Assembly: GCA_963755025.1 (NCBI GenBank)
Contig: CAVWIH010000019.1
Location: 32,001-96,000 of the forward strand
Source of the DNA: an uncultured Actinomycetes bacterium
GTDB taxonomy: Bacteria; Actinomycetota; Thermoleophilia; UBA2241
DNA: 64,000 nucleotides
Direction of reading: 5' to 3'
Below the pieces are notes generated by a model, which was given only the letters and a program-made list of their open reading frames with translations, was not told the origin of the DNA and made no database searches. The position numbers and the translations under genes are program-made. Below, piece by piece: positions 1 through 9,993 of the stretch (the first letter of the stretch is position 1; every line of letters begins with the position of its first letter).

Positions 1-2
1 CG

Positions 3-245
3 GCCCTGCTCGACCTGGGTCTCTCCCGGGGCGACGACCTCGCCGAGCTGCTGCCGGCCATCCTCTCCGACCACGAGGGCCGCGCCGAGGGCGCCTCGAT
101 CTGCGGGCATCCCGACCTGTCGCTGCCCCAGGGCGAGCGCGACATGACGACGGCCAGCATGATCTGGGACCCGCGCGAGCTCACCGTCGCCGTGTGCGCG
201 GGCCCGCCGTGCGACAACGAGCGCCGGGTGTTCGGCCTGCGGTAG
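3..245 (+). CDS. C-terminal fragment of a C45-family autoproteolytic acyltransferase/peptidase (runs off the window start)
   Basis: Manual translation ...ILSDHEGRAEGASICGHPD...MTTASMIWDPRELTVAVCAGPPC...* resembles the C45 tail pattern (LSDH..SIC.H..T.AS.I.D..G.PC); TAG at 243-245. Confidence 0.6.
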   Translation, partial: ALLDLGLSRGDDLAELLPAILSDHEGRAEGASICGHPDLSLPQGERDMTTASMIWDPRELTVAVCAGPPCDNERRVFGLR

Positions 246-336
246 GCGCCCGGTGCCGGGCGCACGACGCCGGAGGCGCGATGCCCGGTCCACGAGGCGA
301 CGCGACGGGCGCTTCGGCCGGGCCGTACCGATACGA

Positions 337-342
337 TACAAT
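337..342 (+). promoter_or_regulatory. Putative sigma70 -10 box (TACAAT) for the nucleotide-sugar operon
   Basis: TACAAT in an AT-richer patch ~60 nt before GTG 405. Confidence 0.4.
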
Positions 343-404
343 CTGACATCCCGGTCGCACCGGCGGCCGGCACCCCCGACCGGTACCACGAACGGGAGCG
401 GACA

Positions 405-1671
405 GTGAAGATCGCAGTCATCGGCATGGGATACGTCGGCTTGCCCCTCGCGGTAACGTTCGCCGAGGCGGGCGTCGAGGTGGTCGGCATCGAATCCGAC
501 CCCACGCGCTGCAACGCCATCAACGCGGGCGACTCGTACATCGTCGACGTCACCGAGCGACGCCCTCAAAGCGGTGGTCGACAAGGGACTGCTCCGCGCG
601 ACCCCCGACTACGCCGCCACCGAAAGCTGCGCGGCCGACATCATCTGCCTGCCCACGCCGCTCAACGCCAACCGCGAGCCCGATCTCACGCTGGTCAAGA
701 GCGCCACCGCCATGCTCGCCGGCCACGTGCGCCGCGGCCAGCTCGTGTGCCTCGAGAGCACGACCTACCCGGGCACCACGCGCGAGGTGCTGGCGCCCCT
801 GCTCGAAGAGGGGTCGGGGCTCGTCGCCGGCACCGACTTTCACCTGGCGTTCTCGCCCGAGCGGGTCGACCCCGGTCGCACCGACTACACGACCAAGACC
901 ACGCCCAAGGTCGTCGGCGGCCTGACGGCCGCCTGCACGGCCAAGGTGGTCGAGGTCTACAGCCAGGCGCTCGACACCCTCGTGCCGGTCACCACGCCCG
1001 AAGTGGCCGAGATGACGAAGCTGCTCGAGAACATCTTCCGCAGCGTCAACATCGCCCTGGTCAACGAGCTCGCCATGCTGTGCGACCGCCTCGGCATCGA
1101 CATCTGGGAGGTCATCGAGGCCGCGGGCAGCAAGCCTTTCGGCTTCATGAAGTTCCTGCCCGGCCCCGGCCTGGGCGGCCACTGCATCCCGATCGACCCC
1201 TTCTACCTCTCGTGGAAGGCTCGCGAGGTCGACTTCTGGACCGAGTTCATCGAGCTCGCCGGCAAGGTCAACGAGAACATGCCCTACTTCTGCGTCACCA
1301 AGGTGACGCGCGCGCTCAACTCACACGCCAAGTCGCTGCAGGGCTCTCGGGCGCTCGTCATGGGCGTGGCCTACAAGGCCGACATCGACGACCTGCGCGA
1401 GTCGCCGGCCCTCAAGATCATCAAGCAGCTCGGCCGCCACGGCATGGTGGTCGACTACCACGACCCGTTCGTGACCGAGCTGCCGCAGTTCGGCATGAGC
1501 TCGGTCGACCTCACCGAGGGCGCCGGCATAAGCGCCTACGACGTAGTGATCGTGGTCACGGCGCACACCGCCATCGACTACGCCGACGTCGTCGACAAGG
1601 CGCAGCTCGTGGTCGATCTGCGCAACGCCACCGCCGGTCTCGACGGCGGCGACAAAGTCTGGAAGCTTTGA
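405..1671 (+). CDS. Nucleotide-sugar dehydrogenase, UDP-GlcNAc 6-dehydrogenase (WbpA-like); one frameshift near 555
   Basis: GMGYVGLP Rossmann start in ORF 405; ESTTYPG, SPERVDPG, KLLENIFR, GGHCIPIDP and YKADIDDLRESP in ORF 574..1671. Confidence 0.9.
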
Positions 1672-1716
1672 GGCGGCGGCCGCAGGCCGCCGCCCCGGCA
1701 AGGATGGTGACGTGCC

Positions 1717-2748
1717 GTGAGTGTTGACCCTGTCCGCATAGGCGTCGTAGGCCTCAACTACTGGGGGCCCAACCTGGCGCGCAACGTCGATCGGCTGCCC
1801 GGCGCCGAGCTCGCCTGGTGCTGCGACTTAGACGAGAAGATCCTGGCGCGCATGAAGACCCAGTTCCCCGACGCGCGCACCACGACCGACTTGGACGACG
1901 TGCTGGCCGACCCCACGGTCGAAGCGGTCATCGTGGCCACCTCGGTGCCCACGCACTACCTGCTGGGCAAGCGCGTGCTCGAAGCCGGCAAACACGCCTT
2001 CATCGAAAAGCCCATGGCCACGACCGCCGCCGACGCCGAAGACCTGGTGCGTACCGCCGACGCCCACGACCGGCGCCTCATGGTGGGCCACCTGCTCGAG
2101 TACCACCCCGCCGTGCGCAAGGTCAAAGAGCTGATCGACGCCGGCGACCTGGGGCGCATCTTCTACGTCTACTCGAACCGCCTGAACCTGGGCAAGGTGC
2201 GGCCCGACGAGAACGCCCTGTGGAGCCTGGGACCGCACGACATCTCGGTGCTCAACTACCTCACCGGCGAAGAGCCCGAAGAGGTCACGGCGCACGGCGA
2301 GTGCTACCTGCAGAACGGCGTCGAAGACGTCGTGTTCGGCTACATCCGCTACCCGTCGGGCATGGTCGGCCACCTGCACGTGAGCTGGCTCGACCCCCAC
2401 AAGACGCGCAAGATCACGGTCGTGGGCTCCGACAAGATGGCGGTCTTCGACGACATGGACGCCGACCGCAAGGTGACCATCTACGACAAATCGGCGGTGG
2501 TGCCGCAGTACCAGTCCTACGGCGAGTACGTCACGCTGCGCTTCGGCGACATCCACTGCCCCCACCTGCCCAACGACGAGCCCCTCAGGCTCGAGGTCGA
2601 GCACTTCATCGGCTGTGTGCGCGACGGCAGCCGGCCGCTGTCCGACGGGCGCGACGGCCTGAACGTGGTGCGCGTGCTCGAAGCCATGGAACGCTCGCTG
2701 CGCAACGGCGGTCAGCCCGTGCGCACCGCCGACCTCACGGTCGGGTAG
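1717..2748 (+). CDS. Gfo/Idh/MocA oxidoreductase (WbpB-like sugar 3-dehydrogenase)
   Basis: N-terminal Rossmann fold, FIEKP motif, ALWSLGPHDIS; operon context. Confidence 0.88.
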   Translation: MSVDPVRIGVVGLNYWGPNLARNVDRLPGAELAWCCDLDEKILARMKTQFPDARTTTDLDDVLADPTVEAVIVATSVPTHYLLGKRVLEAGKHAFIEKPMATTAADAEDLVRTADAHDRRLMVGHLLEYHPAVRKVKELIDAGDLGRIFYVYSNRLNLGKVRPDENALWSLGPHDISVLNYLTGEEPEEVTAHGECYLQNGVEDVVFGYIRYPSGMVGHLHVSWLDPHKTRKITVVGSDKMAVFDDMDADRKVTIYDKSAVVPQYQSYGEYVTLRFGDIHCPHLPNDEPLRLEVEHFIGCVRDGSRPLSDGRDGLNVVRVLEAMERSLRNGGQPVRTADLTVG

Positions 2749-2752
2749 CGCC

Positions 2753-3466
2753 GTGGCCCTTCATGCCTCCGAGCTGGCCCCCAACCTGCTGCTCGGCTCC
2801 AACGTGATCGTGGGCGCCGGCGTGGTCTTCGGCGCCAACGTCGTCGTGCACGACGACACCGAGATCGGCGACGGCTGCTTCATCCAGGACAACGCCGTGC
2901 TCGGCAAGGTGCCCTCGCTGTCGCCGAGCTCGACCGCCAAGAAGGGCGAGCTGCCGGGCCTGCGCCTGGGCGCCGGCTGCGTCGTGTCGACGGGCGCGGT
3001 CGTCTACCGCGGCGTCGCCATGGGCCCCGGTTGCGTGATCGGCGACCTGGCCAGCGTGCGCGAACGCTGCCTGCTCGGCGAGCGCGTCGTGGTGGGCCGC
3101 GGCACGTGCGTCGAGAACGACACCATGATCGGCGACTTCACCAAGATCCAGTCCAACGCCTACATCACGGCGTACATGACGATCGAAGACCACGTCTTCG
3201 TGGCGCCCTGCGTGCAGACCACGAACGACAACTTCATGGGCCGCACCGAACAGCGCCACGCGCTGATCAAGGGCGCGACCATCCGCCGCGGTGCGCGCAT
3301 CGGCGGCGGCGTGCTGCTCTGCCCGGGCGTCGAGGTGGGCGAAGAGGCCTTCATCGCGGCCGGCGCCGTGGTCACCAAAGACGCGCCCGCCCGCAAGGTG
3401 CTCATCGGCATGCCGGCGCGCGTGGTGCGCGACGTGCCCGCCGAGGAGCTGCTCGAGAACCAGTAG
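2753..3466 (+). CDS. Hexapeptide-repeat N-acetyltransferase (WbpD-like)
   Basis: Left-handed beta-helix repeats; [31 protein letters not shown]. Confidence 0.88.
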   Translation: MALHASELAPNLLLGSNVIVGAGVVFGANVVVHDDTEIGDGCFIQDNAVLGKVPSLSPSSTAKKGELPGLRLGAGCVVSTGAVVYRGVAMGPGCVIGDLASVRERCLLGERVVVGRGTCVENDTMIGDFTKIQSNAYITAYMTIEDHVFVAPCVQTTNDNFMGRTEQRHALIKGATIRRGARIGGGVLLCPGVEVGEEAFIAAGAVVTKDAPARKVLIGMPARVVRDVPAEELLENQ

Positions 3467-3504
3467 GCCGCCGCGCGGTCGGCACACGACCAAGGAGCCG
3501 CTTC

Positions 3505-3666
3505 ATGCAGAAGTACATCTGTACGCTGTGCGACTGGGTCTACGATCCCGAGATCGGCGATCCCGACAACGGTGTCGAGCCCGGCACCGCGTTCGACGAC
3601 CTGCCCGACGACTGGGTCTGCCCCGACTGCGGCGCCGGCGTCGACATGTTCGAGCCGCTCGCCTAG
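3505..3666 (+). CDS. Rubredoxin
   Basis: [44 protein letters not shown]; two CxxC; AAGGAG RBS. Confidence 0.95.
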   Translation: MQKYICTLCDWVYDPEIGDPDNGVEPGTAFDDLPDDWVCPDCGAGVDMFEPLA

Positions 3667-3729
3667 CAGGCATACCCGTCGCGCGACCGCCGGCGCCCGG
3701 TCCGCCGCGACCGGCCGCCCTCACGCGCC

Positions 3730-4767
3730 TCAGGGCACGAGCACCAGCTTGCCCACGGCCGGCCCTGCCATGATCTCGCGATGGGCGGTCGCCGCTTCGG
3801 CGAGCGGCAGCTCGCGGCCCACCAGAGGGCGCAGGCGACCGGCCCCCAGACCCTCGCCGACGGCGGCGTAGGCTGCGGCGAGCGCCGCCGGTGGGGCCAC
3901 GAACAGCAGGATGCCGCGCACATCGGCGTCGCGGCTCATGAGCTCGCGGGGCGCTATCTCGACCGGCCCGCGGCTGCCCACCACGACCACCCGGCCGCCG
4001 CGCGCCAGCAGCCCCAGGTCGATTCCCAGGCTCGCGTGGGCCGCCATCTCGACGATGACGTCGTAGCCGCGTCCGCCGGTGAGGGCGAGCAGCTCGGCCG
4101 CCGAGTCGGGCGCCGTGTGGTCGACGACCTCGGCGGCGCCCTGCGCGGCGACCAGCCGGCGGCCGTCCTCGGAGCCCGCCGTGCCGTGTACGGTGAGGCC
4201 GGCGCCCACCGCGAACTGCACCGTAGCCAGGCCCACGCCGCCGCTCGCGCCGTGGACGAGCACCAGGTCGCCCGCGCTCGCCTGCCCGCGCTGGAACAGG
4301 GCGCGGTAGGCCGTCGCGTACGGTACCCCCAGCGCCGCGCCGGCGGCGAAGCCGATGGCGGCGGGCAGGGCGTGGACCTGCTCGGTCCGGCACAGCGCCG
4401 CCTCGGCGTAGGTGCCCGTGAGCGAGCCCGAGGTGTACACGCGGTCGCCCACCGCCGGGCCGCGAGCGCCGGCCACGCCGGCGGGCGCGGCCTCACTCGC
4501 CGCCGCGCCTTCGCCGCCGGCGCCCTCGCCGTGCGCGTCGCCTGCGCCGACCGCTTCGACGACACCGGCGCCGTCACTGCCCGGCGTGTAGGGCAGCGGC
4601 GGCAGGGCGGCGTACTGTCCGGAGCGCATGTAGGCGTCGACGGGGTTCACGCCGGCGGCGTGCAGCCGCACGAGCACCTCGCCGGGGCCCGGTGGCCGCA
4701 GGTCGGCGATCTCTTCGACCTTCAGGACGTCGGGTTCTCCGAAGCTGTGGACACGGACCGCGCGCAT
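3730..4767 (-). CDS. NADPH:quinone reductase (zeta-crystallin/MDR family)
   Basis: GVNPVD, LPYTPGSDGAG, VLVHGASGGVGLA, GKLVL. Confidence 0.9.
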   Translation of the reverse strand: MRAVRVHSFGEPDVLKVEEIADLRPPGPGEVLVRLHAAGVNPVDAYMRSGQYAALPPLPYTPGSDGAGVVEAVGAGDAHGEGAGGEGAAASEAAPAGVAGARGPAVGDRVYTSGSLTGTYAEAALCRTEQVHALPAAIGFAAGAALGVPYATAYRALFQRGQASAGDLVLVHGASGGVGLATVQFAVGAGLTVHGTAGSEDGRRLVAAQGAAEVVDHTAPDSAAELLALTGGRGYDVIVEMAAHASLGIDLGLLARGGRVVVVGSRGPVEIAPRELMSRDADVRGILLFVAPPAALAAAYAAVGEGLGAGRLRPLVGRELPLAEAATAHREIMAGPAVGKLVLVP

Positions 4768-4853
4768 CGTTTCTCCTTGGTCTGACGACGGACGTGCAGC
4801 GAGCCTCAGTGTTCCCGCCCGGGCCCAAAAGAGGGAGCGGCGCCGTCTGGGCG

Positions 4854-4902
4854 CCGCGGTCTCGGCGGCCGCGGTCGCGCGCCGCGGTCGCCGAGACCGC
4901 GG
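4854..4902. terminator. GC-rich inverted repeat downstream of purB (possible terminator)
   Basis: ccgcggtctcggcggccgcgg ... ccgcggtcgccgagaccgcgg, 21-bp stem with one mismatch; no U-tract. Confidence 0.4.
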
Positions 4903-4960
4903 TTGGGAGACGTCGGTCGAGGTGCCGCGGTCGAGGAGCGCCGGGCGCGGCGCCGGCCGC

Positions 4961-6262
4961 CTAGAACGTGAGCTGCTCGAGGCGCCCGAAGATGACCTGC
5001 CGCCCGGCGCGGTACTGGTCGGGGTCCATGGCGGCGTCGACTTCGGCGACCGACAGCACGGCGGCCGCTTCGGGGTCGTCCTTGATGAGCGCGCCGAAGT
5101 CGACGCCCTCGCGCCAGGCGCGCATGGCGCAGTCCTGCACCACCCGGTAGGCGTCGTCGCGCAGCATGCCGTGGTCGACCAGGGCGAGCAGCACGGCGCC
5201 GCTGAACACGAGGCGCTGCGAGAGGGCCAGGTTGCCGCGCATGCGGCCTTCGTCGACCACCAGCGTCTCGAATAGCCGGGTCGTCTTTTGCAGCATGTAG
5301 TCGAGCAGGATGCAGGAGTCGGGAAAGACGATGCGCTCGGCCGAGCTGTGCGAGATGTCGCGCTCGTGCCAGAGCGCCATGTTCTCCATGCCCACGAGGG
5401 CGTTGCCGCGCAGCACGCGGGCGCAGCCGGCCATGCGCTCCGAGAGGATCGGGTTACGCTTGTGAGGCATGGCCGACGAACCCTTCTGGCCTTTGCCGAA
5501 AGCCTCTTCGGCCTCGCGCACTTCGGTGCGCTGCAGGTGGCGCACCTCGAGCGTGAACTTCTCGAGCGAGCCTCCCACGATGGCGAGCGCCGACAGGAAG
5601 GCGGCGTGGCGGTCGCGCTGCACGACCTGGTTGGCGATGGGCTCGTAGCCCAGGCCGAGCTCGGCGCAGACCAGCTCTTCGACCCGCGGGTCGATGTTGT
5701 TGTAGGCGCCGACGGCGCCGCTCAGCTTGCCCACGGCGGCGCCCTCGGTGACGCGCCGCAGGCGCTCGAGGTCGCGCTCGACCTCGAAGGCCCACATGCC
5801 GAGCTTCATGCCGAACGTGATGGGCTCGGCGTGGATGCCGTGCGTGCGGCCTACCTGCACGGTGTCGCGAAACTCGAAGGCGCGCCGTTTGAGCACCTCA
5901 CCGAGGGCCACGAGGTCGCGCTGCAGGAGCTCGCCGGCGCGCTTGATCTGCAGCGCGAGGCCGGTGTCGAGCATGTCGGAGCTCGTCATGCCGTAGTGGA
6001 TGTACTTGGAGGCGTCGCCGACGTACTCGGCCACGTTGGTCAGAAAGGCGATGACGTCGTGGTTGGTGGTCTCTTCGATCTCGGCGACGCGGGCGGCGTC
6101 GAAGGCGGCCCTGACCTCGATCTCGGCGACGGCGGCGTCGGGCACCTTGCCCAGCCGGTTCCAGGCGCGCACGGCGGCGAGCTCGACCTCGAGCCAGGCC
6201 TGCAGCTTGGCCTCTTCGGCCCAGATGGCGCCCATCTCGGGCAGGGTGTAGCGAGCGATCAT
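4961..6262 (-). CDS. purB: Adenylosuccinate lyase
   Basis: MIARY, HDVIAF, HYGMTSSD, GRTHGIHAEP, GSSAMPHKRNP. Confidence 0.97.
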   Translation of the reverse strand: MIARYTLPEMGAIWAEEAKLQAWLEVELAAVRAWNRLGKVPDAAVAEIEVRAAFDAARVAEIEETTNHDVIAFLTNVAEYVGDASKYIHYGMTSSDMLDTGLALQIKRAGELLQRDLVALGEVLKRRAFEFRDTVQVGRTHGIHAEPITFGMKLGMWAFEVERDLERLRRVTEGAAVGKLSGAVGAYNNIDPRVEELVCAELGLGYEPIANQVVQRDRHAAFLSALAIVGGSLEKFTLEVRHLQRTEVREAEEAFGKGQKGSSAMPHKRNPILSERMAGCARVLRGNALVGMENMALWHERDISHSSAERIVFPDSCILLDYMLQKTTRLFETLVVDEGRMRGNLALSQRLVFSGAVLLALVDHGMLRDDAYRVVQDCAMRAWREGVDFGALIKDDPEAAAVLSVAEVDAAMDPDQYRAGRQVIFGRLEQLTF

Positions 6263-6412
6263 GGATGCCCTTCGGTCGCGGCCGTCACGGACGCGCAGAT
6301 TCTCTCATAAAGAGGGCGGGTCCGGTCGAGGCCGGCTCGTCGCGGGGCCGCGGTGCGCGGCGCCGTGGTCTGCATGGTCCGGCGGCCGCGGACCGCCGCG
6401 GGCCGCCTCCGG

Positions 6413-6928
6413 TCACTGCCTGGTGAGCAGCGTCTCGAGCGGCGGCCGGCCGTCGCCGTAGGTGACTCGCGCGCGGAGCTGGTCGCGGTTGATGAACGAC
6501 AGCGAGAGCTGCCACGACACGCCGTTGTCGGCGACGCCGCTGGCCGTCAGGCTGTCGTCTTTGACCTGCGCGGTCGTCACGCGCTGCCCGAGAACGCGCA
6601 CGCCGGACAGCGTGTAGACGCCGGCGCCGCTCTTGGCGATGTGGGTCACGGTCGTGCCGAGCGAGGTGTCGGCCGAGCCCCAGGTGCCGGCCAGTTGCTG
6701 GCCCGAGGCGGTGATGCCGACGTACTGCAGCAGCCCGAAGCCGCCGAGCAGGAAGAAGCCGGTGACCAGGAAGATCGCGAAGAAGAGGATCAGGGCCAGG
6801 ATCGGCGCCAGCCACCAGGCGTCGCGCAGCCGGCGGCGGCGCTTGCCCGACGCGCCGGCGGCGGGCGTGGCGGACGCCGCGCCCGCCGCCGACTTGTAGA
6901 TCGTCCGTGCAGGTCTCTGTTCGCTCAC
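6413..6928 (-). CDS. Hypothetical membrane-anchored protein, possible lipocalin-like beta-barrel
   Basis: One N-terminal TM helix, then LAGTW...WQLSL...LTRQ. Confidence 0.7.
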   Translation of the reverse strand: MSEQRPARTIYKSAAGAASATPAAGASGKRRRRLRDAWWLAPILALILFFAIFLVTGFFLLGGFGLLQYVGITASGQQLAGTWGSADTSLGTTVTHIAKSGAGVYTLSGVRVLGQRVTTAQVKDDSLTASGVADNGVSWQLSLSFINRDQLRARVTYGDGRPPLETLLTRQ

Positions 6929-6935
6929 CGGCAGG

Positions 6936-7316
6936 TCATTCCCGCATGGCGATGGCTTCGATCTCGACCTTGGCGCCCTTGGGCAGGGCTGCCACGGCGA
7001 CCGTGGAGCGCGCCGGGAACGGCTTCTCGAAGAACTCGGCGTAGACGTCGTTGACCGCGGCGAAATCGTTCATGTCGGTCAGGAAGATCGTGGTCTTGAC
7101 GATGGCGTGGTTGGTGATGGCCCCGGCGGCGAGCAGATGGCCCAGGTTGGCGAGCGCCTGGCGGGCCTGCTCGGCGGCGGTGTCGCCGACGAGCGCTCCG
7201 TTTGCGTCGAGCGGCACCTGGCCCGAGAAGAACACGAGGTCGTCGGTCTGGATGGCCGGGGAGTAGGGGCCGATCGCGGGAGCGGCCGCCGGCGACGACA
7301 GGGTCTGCTTGATCAT
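6936..7316 (-). CDS. ridA: RidA/YjgF family enamine/imine deaminase
   Basis: APAIGPYS, SGQVPLD, VKTTIFLTDMNDF..VN.VY, PARSTVAVAALP, VEIEAIA. Confidence 0.93.
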   Translation of the reverse strand: MIKQTLSSPAAAPAIGPYSPAIQTDDLVFFSGQVPLDANGALVGDTAAEQARQALANLGHLLAAGAITNHAIVKTTIFLTDMNDFAAVNDVYAEFFEKPFPARSTVAVAALPKGAKVEIEAIAMRE

Positions 7317-7362
7317 CTCGGACTCCTTGGCTTGCGGGGTTCGGGCGTCGGCCGGGCGACGG

Positions 7363-7533
7363 TCAGCCGACGAGGCGCAGCAACAGGCCGATCAACGCCA
7401 GCACGATGATGAAGCTGAGGCCGCTCACGGCCATGACCAGCACGTGGCGCTGCTGGCCGGGCGGCATGAGCGAGCGGCGTGGCTGGTCGCTCGTCGCCTC
7501 ACCTTCGGGTCGGTCTCGCGGGTCGCCGGCCAT
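7363..7533 (-). CDS. Small (56 aa) single-TM hypothetical protein, below the ORF-track cutoff
   Basis: Manual translation MAGDPRDRPEGEATSDQPRRSLMPPGQQRHVLVMAVSGLSFIIVLALIGLLLRLVG*; starts 3 nt after the purE stop. Confidence 0.6.
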   Translation of the reverse strand: MAGDPRDRPEGEATSDQPRRSLMPPGQQRHVLVMAVSGLSFIIVLALIGLLLRLVG

Positions 7534-7536
7534 GCC

Positions 7537-7986
7537 TTAGACGTCGAGGATCTTGGCCGCGAGGATGGCCGCGTTGCGGGCGCCGTTGATGGCCACGCAG
7601 GCGACCGGCACGCCGGGCGGCATCTGCACGATCGACAGCAGCGAGTCGAGCCCGCCCAGGTCGCTCGTCTTGATGGGCACGCCGATCACCGGCAGGTTGG
7701 TGTACGACGCGATCACGCCGGGCAGGGCGGCCGCCTTGCCGGCGCCGGCGATCAGCACCTTGAGGCCGCGCGCCTGGGCGGTGCGCGCGTAGTGGGCCAC
7801 CTTGTCGGGGTCGCGATGCGCCGACATGACCTGGATCTCGTAGCGTATGCGGCGCTCGTCGAGCTCGCGGCCGGCGGCCGACATGATCTCGCGGTCGGAT
7901 TCGCTGCCCATGACGATGCCCACGAGCACGGGTTCGAACTGGATGCCGACCAGCAGCGCTTCGACTTCGGTACTGGTCTTCTCCAC
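7537..7986 (-). CDS. purE: N5-carboxyaminoimidazole ribonucleotide mutase
   Basis: [43 protein letters not shown]; GTG at 7986 with GGGAG RBS. Confidence 0.95.
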   Translation of the reverse strand: MEKTSTEVEALLVGIQFEPVLVGIVMGSESDREIMSAAGRELDERRIRYEIQVMSAHRDPDKVAHYARTAQARGLKVLIAGAGKAAALPGVIASYTNLPVIGVPIKTSDLGGLDSLLSIVQMPPGVPVACVAINGARNAAILAAKILDV

Positions 7987-8116
7987 CGGCCTGGCTCCCT
8001 TCGGGTGCGAACGACGTGCGTGATCCACGGCAGAGCTTACCCCGCCGGGCACGCGCGAACCAGAACCTGTTCGTGAGGCGCGGCGCGCGCCGCGCCTCGC
8101 GCCGCGCCGCGCCGGC

Positions 8117-8575
8117 TCACTTGCGGGTGAGCGACAGGTGCGCCGACAGCGCGCCGGTGGACGGGTAGTAAAAGCGCAACGCGGCGGCCGGCGGGTCGTC
8201 GAGGCTCAGCTGCCAGTAGCCTATGCCCTGCCCCACGTCGGGAGTCTCGAAGCCGAGGAACAGGGGGGTGACCTCGCCCGCTACCGCCGCGCTCGAGACG
8301 CCCGGAAAGCCGGTCATCGAGACCCGCAGTCCGTGCGCGTCGTCGGTGACGCGCACGACACCGGCGGCCGCCGCCGTGCGTTGCACGAGGCGATGGTCGG
8401 CCACGCCGACCATGGGGGCGGTGAAGCGCCAGGTGCCCACGTACCAGTCGGCGACGTGGCGCGGCGCGGGGGTGCCCGGGGTGAGCGCGCTCACGAGGGC
8501 GAGCGCGACGACTACGGCGCCGGCCGCCCAGAAGGCCGCGGCGACGATGTCCCGCCGCCGGCCCGCGAGCGACAC
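8117..8575 (-). CDS. Hypothetical membrane-anchored/secreted protein, possible lipocalin-like beta-barrel
   Basis: N-terminal hydrophobic helix, YVGTW...WQLSL...LTRK; abuts the purD stop. Confidence 0.65.
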   Translation of the reverse strand: MSLAGRRRDIVAAAFWAAGAVVVALALVSALTPGTPAPRHVADWYVGTWRFTAPMVGVADHRLVQRTAAAAGVVRVTDDAHGLRVSMTGFPGVSSAAVAGEVTPLFLGFETPDVGQGIGYWQLSLDDPPAAALRFYYPSTGALSAHLSLTRK

Positions 8576-9892
8576 TTAGTCGGTCCAGTCGGCGGGAAAG
8601 AGGTCGATCTCGCCGGCCTCGGCGCGCACGGCGCGTGCCGCGATGTCGGGGCGCGCCTGCTGGCCGGCGAAGGTGATGCGCGAGAGCGCGCCGTAGGCGC
8701 GCTCTCGCGCATCGGCGAAGTGCTTGCCCAGGGCGCTGACGGCCAGCACGCGGCCGCCGGCGGTGACGATGTCGTGGCCGTGCGCGGCCGTGGCGGCGTG
8801 GTAGATGGTGACGTCGGGCAGCGCGGCGGCTTCGGACAGGCCACCGATCACGTCGCCCTTGGAGCTCGACGCCGGGTAGCCGGCCGAGGCCATGACGATC
8901 GATACGCAGGCCTCGGGCTTGAAGCGCAGCGCGCCGGGGTCGAGCTCGCCGCGCGCGGCCGACAGGCAGGCCTCGAGCAGGTCGCTGTCGAGGCGCGGCA
9001 GGATGGCCTGCGTCTCGGGGTCGCCGAAGCGGCAGTTGAACTCGAGCAGCTTGATGCCGTGCTCGGTGACGATGAGCCCGCCGTAGAGCACGCCGCGGTA
9101 CTCGATGCCGCGCCGCCGCAGGGCTTCGAGCACCGGGCGAAAGAGGTCTTCGGCCACGGTCTCGGCGACTCCGGGCGTGAAGCCGGGCACGGGGCAGTAG
9201 CTGCCCATGCCGCCGGTGTTCGGGCCCTGGTCGTCGGCGAAGATGCGTTTGTAGTCCTGGGCCGGGGCCATGGGCACCACGCGGGTGCCGTCGCACAGCG
9301 CGAGCAGCGAGACCTCGGGGCCGCTCAGGAACTCCTCGATCAGCACGGTGCCGCCGGCCTCGCCGAAGGCGCGGTCCGCGAGGCAGAGCCGCACGGCGGC
9401 GCGCGCCTCGTCGACGTTCTGGCAGATGATGACGCCCTTGCCGGCGGCCAGGCCGTCGGCCTTGATCACGAGCGGCCAGGTGTCGCGCGCGTCGAGCTCG
9501 CGCAGCGCCGAGTCGAGGGCGTCGTGGCGGCTGTAGCGGCCGGTCGCCACGTGGGCGTCGGCCATGATCTCTTTGGCGAAGGCCTTGCTGCCCTCGAGCC
9601 GCGCGGCCTTGGCCGACGGGCCGAACACGAGCAGGCCGTTGTCGGTGAACAGATCGGCGATGCCCGCCACGAGCGGCGCCTCGGGGCCGACCACGGTCAG
9701 GTCGATGCGTTCGCGCCGGGCAAACGACAGCAGCCCCTCGAGGTCGGCGCCGTCGATGTCGATCGAGTCGGCCTCCTGGGCGATGCCGGCGTTGCCGGGC
9801 GCGCAGAACACCTGGCTGGCGAGCGGCGAGGCGCAGAAGGCATGAACGAGGGCGTGCTCGCGGCCACCGCCGCCGACAACCAGAACGCGCAT
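8576..9892 (-). CDS. purD: Phosphoribosylamine--glycine ligase
   Basis: MRVLVVGGGGREHAL, LEGSKAFAK, KADGLAAGKGV, GPNTGGMG, EFNCRFGDPE. Confidence 0.97.
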   Translation of the reverse strand: MRVLVVGGGGREHALVHAFCASPLASQVFCAPGNAGIAQEADSIDIDGADLEGLLSFARRERIDLTVVGPEAPLVAGIADLFTDNGLLVFGPSAKAARLEGSKAFAKEIMADAHVATGRYSRHDALDSALRELDARDTWPLVIKADGLAAGKGVIICQNVDEARAAVRLCLADRAFGEAGGTVLIEEFLSGPEVSLLALCDGTRVVPMAPAQDYKRIFADDQGPNTGGMGSYCPVPGFTPGVAETVAEDLFRPVLEALRRRGIEYRGVLYGGLIVTEHGIKLLEFNCRFGDPETQAILPRLDSDLLEACLSAARGELDPGALRFKPEACVSIVMASAGYPASSSKGDVIGGLSEAAALPDVTIYHAATAAHGHDIVTAGGRVLAVSALGKHFADARERAYGALSRITFAGQQARPDIAARAVRAEAGEIDLFPADWTD

Positions 9893-9993
9893 GCGGTCTC
9901 CTTGCGGGAAGGACGCGCGTCGCGCACCGCCGGCGGCCGCCAAGGGCCGCCCGCGGGGCGAGCGGGCACGCGTCGGACTTTCGTGGCGAAAGT

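Noticed and set aside
8056-8073. CGAAC...GTTCG resembling a LexA box upstream of purE
   Set aside because: Half-site spacing is 2 or 8 nt, not the required 4
9893-9993. Purine/ZTP riboswitch upstream of purD (also checked purE, purB, purC)
   Set aside because: Leaders are short and GC-rich without the conserved aptamer nucleotides
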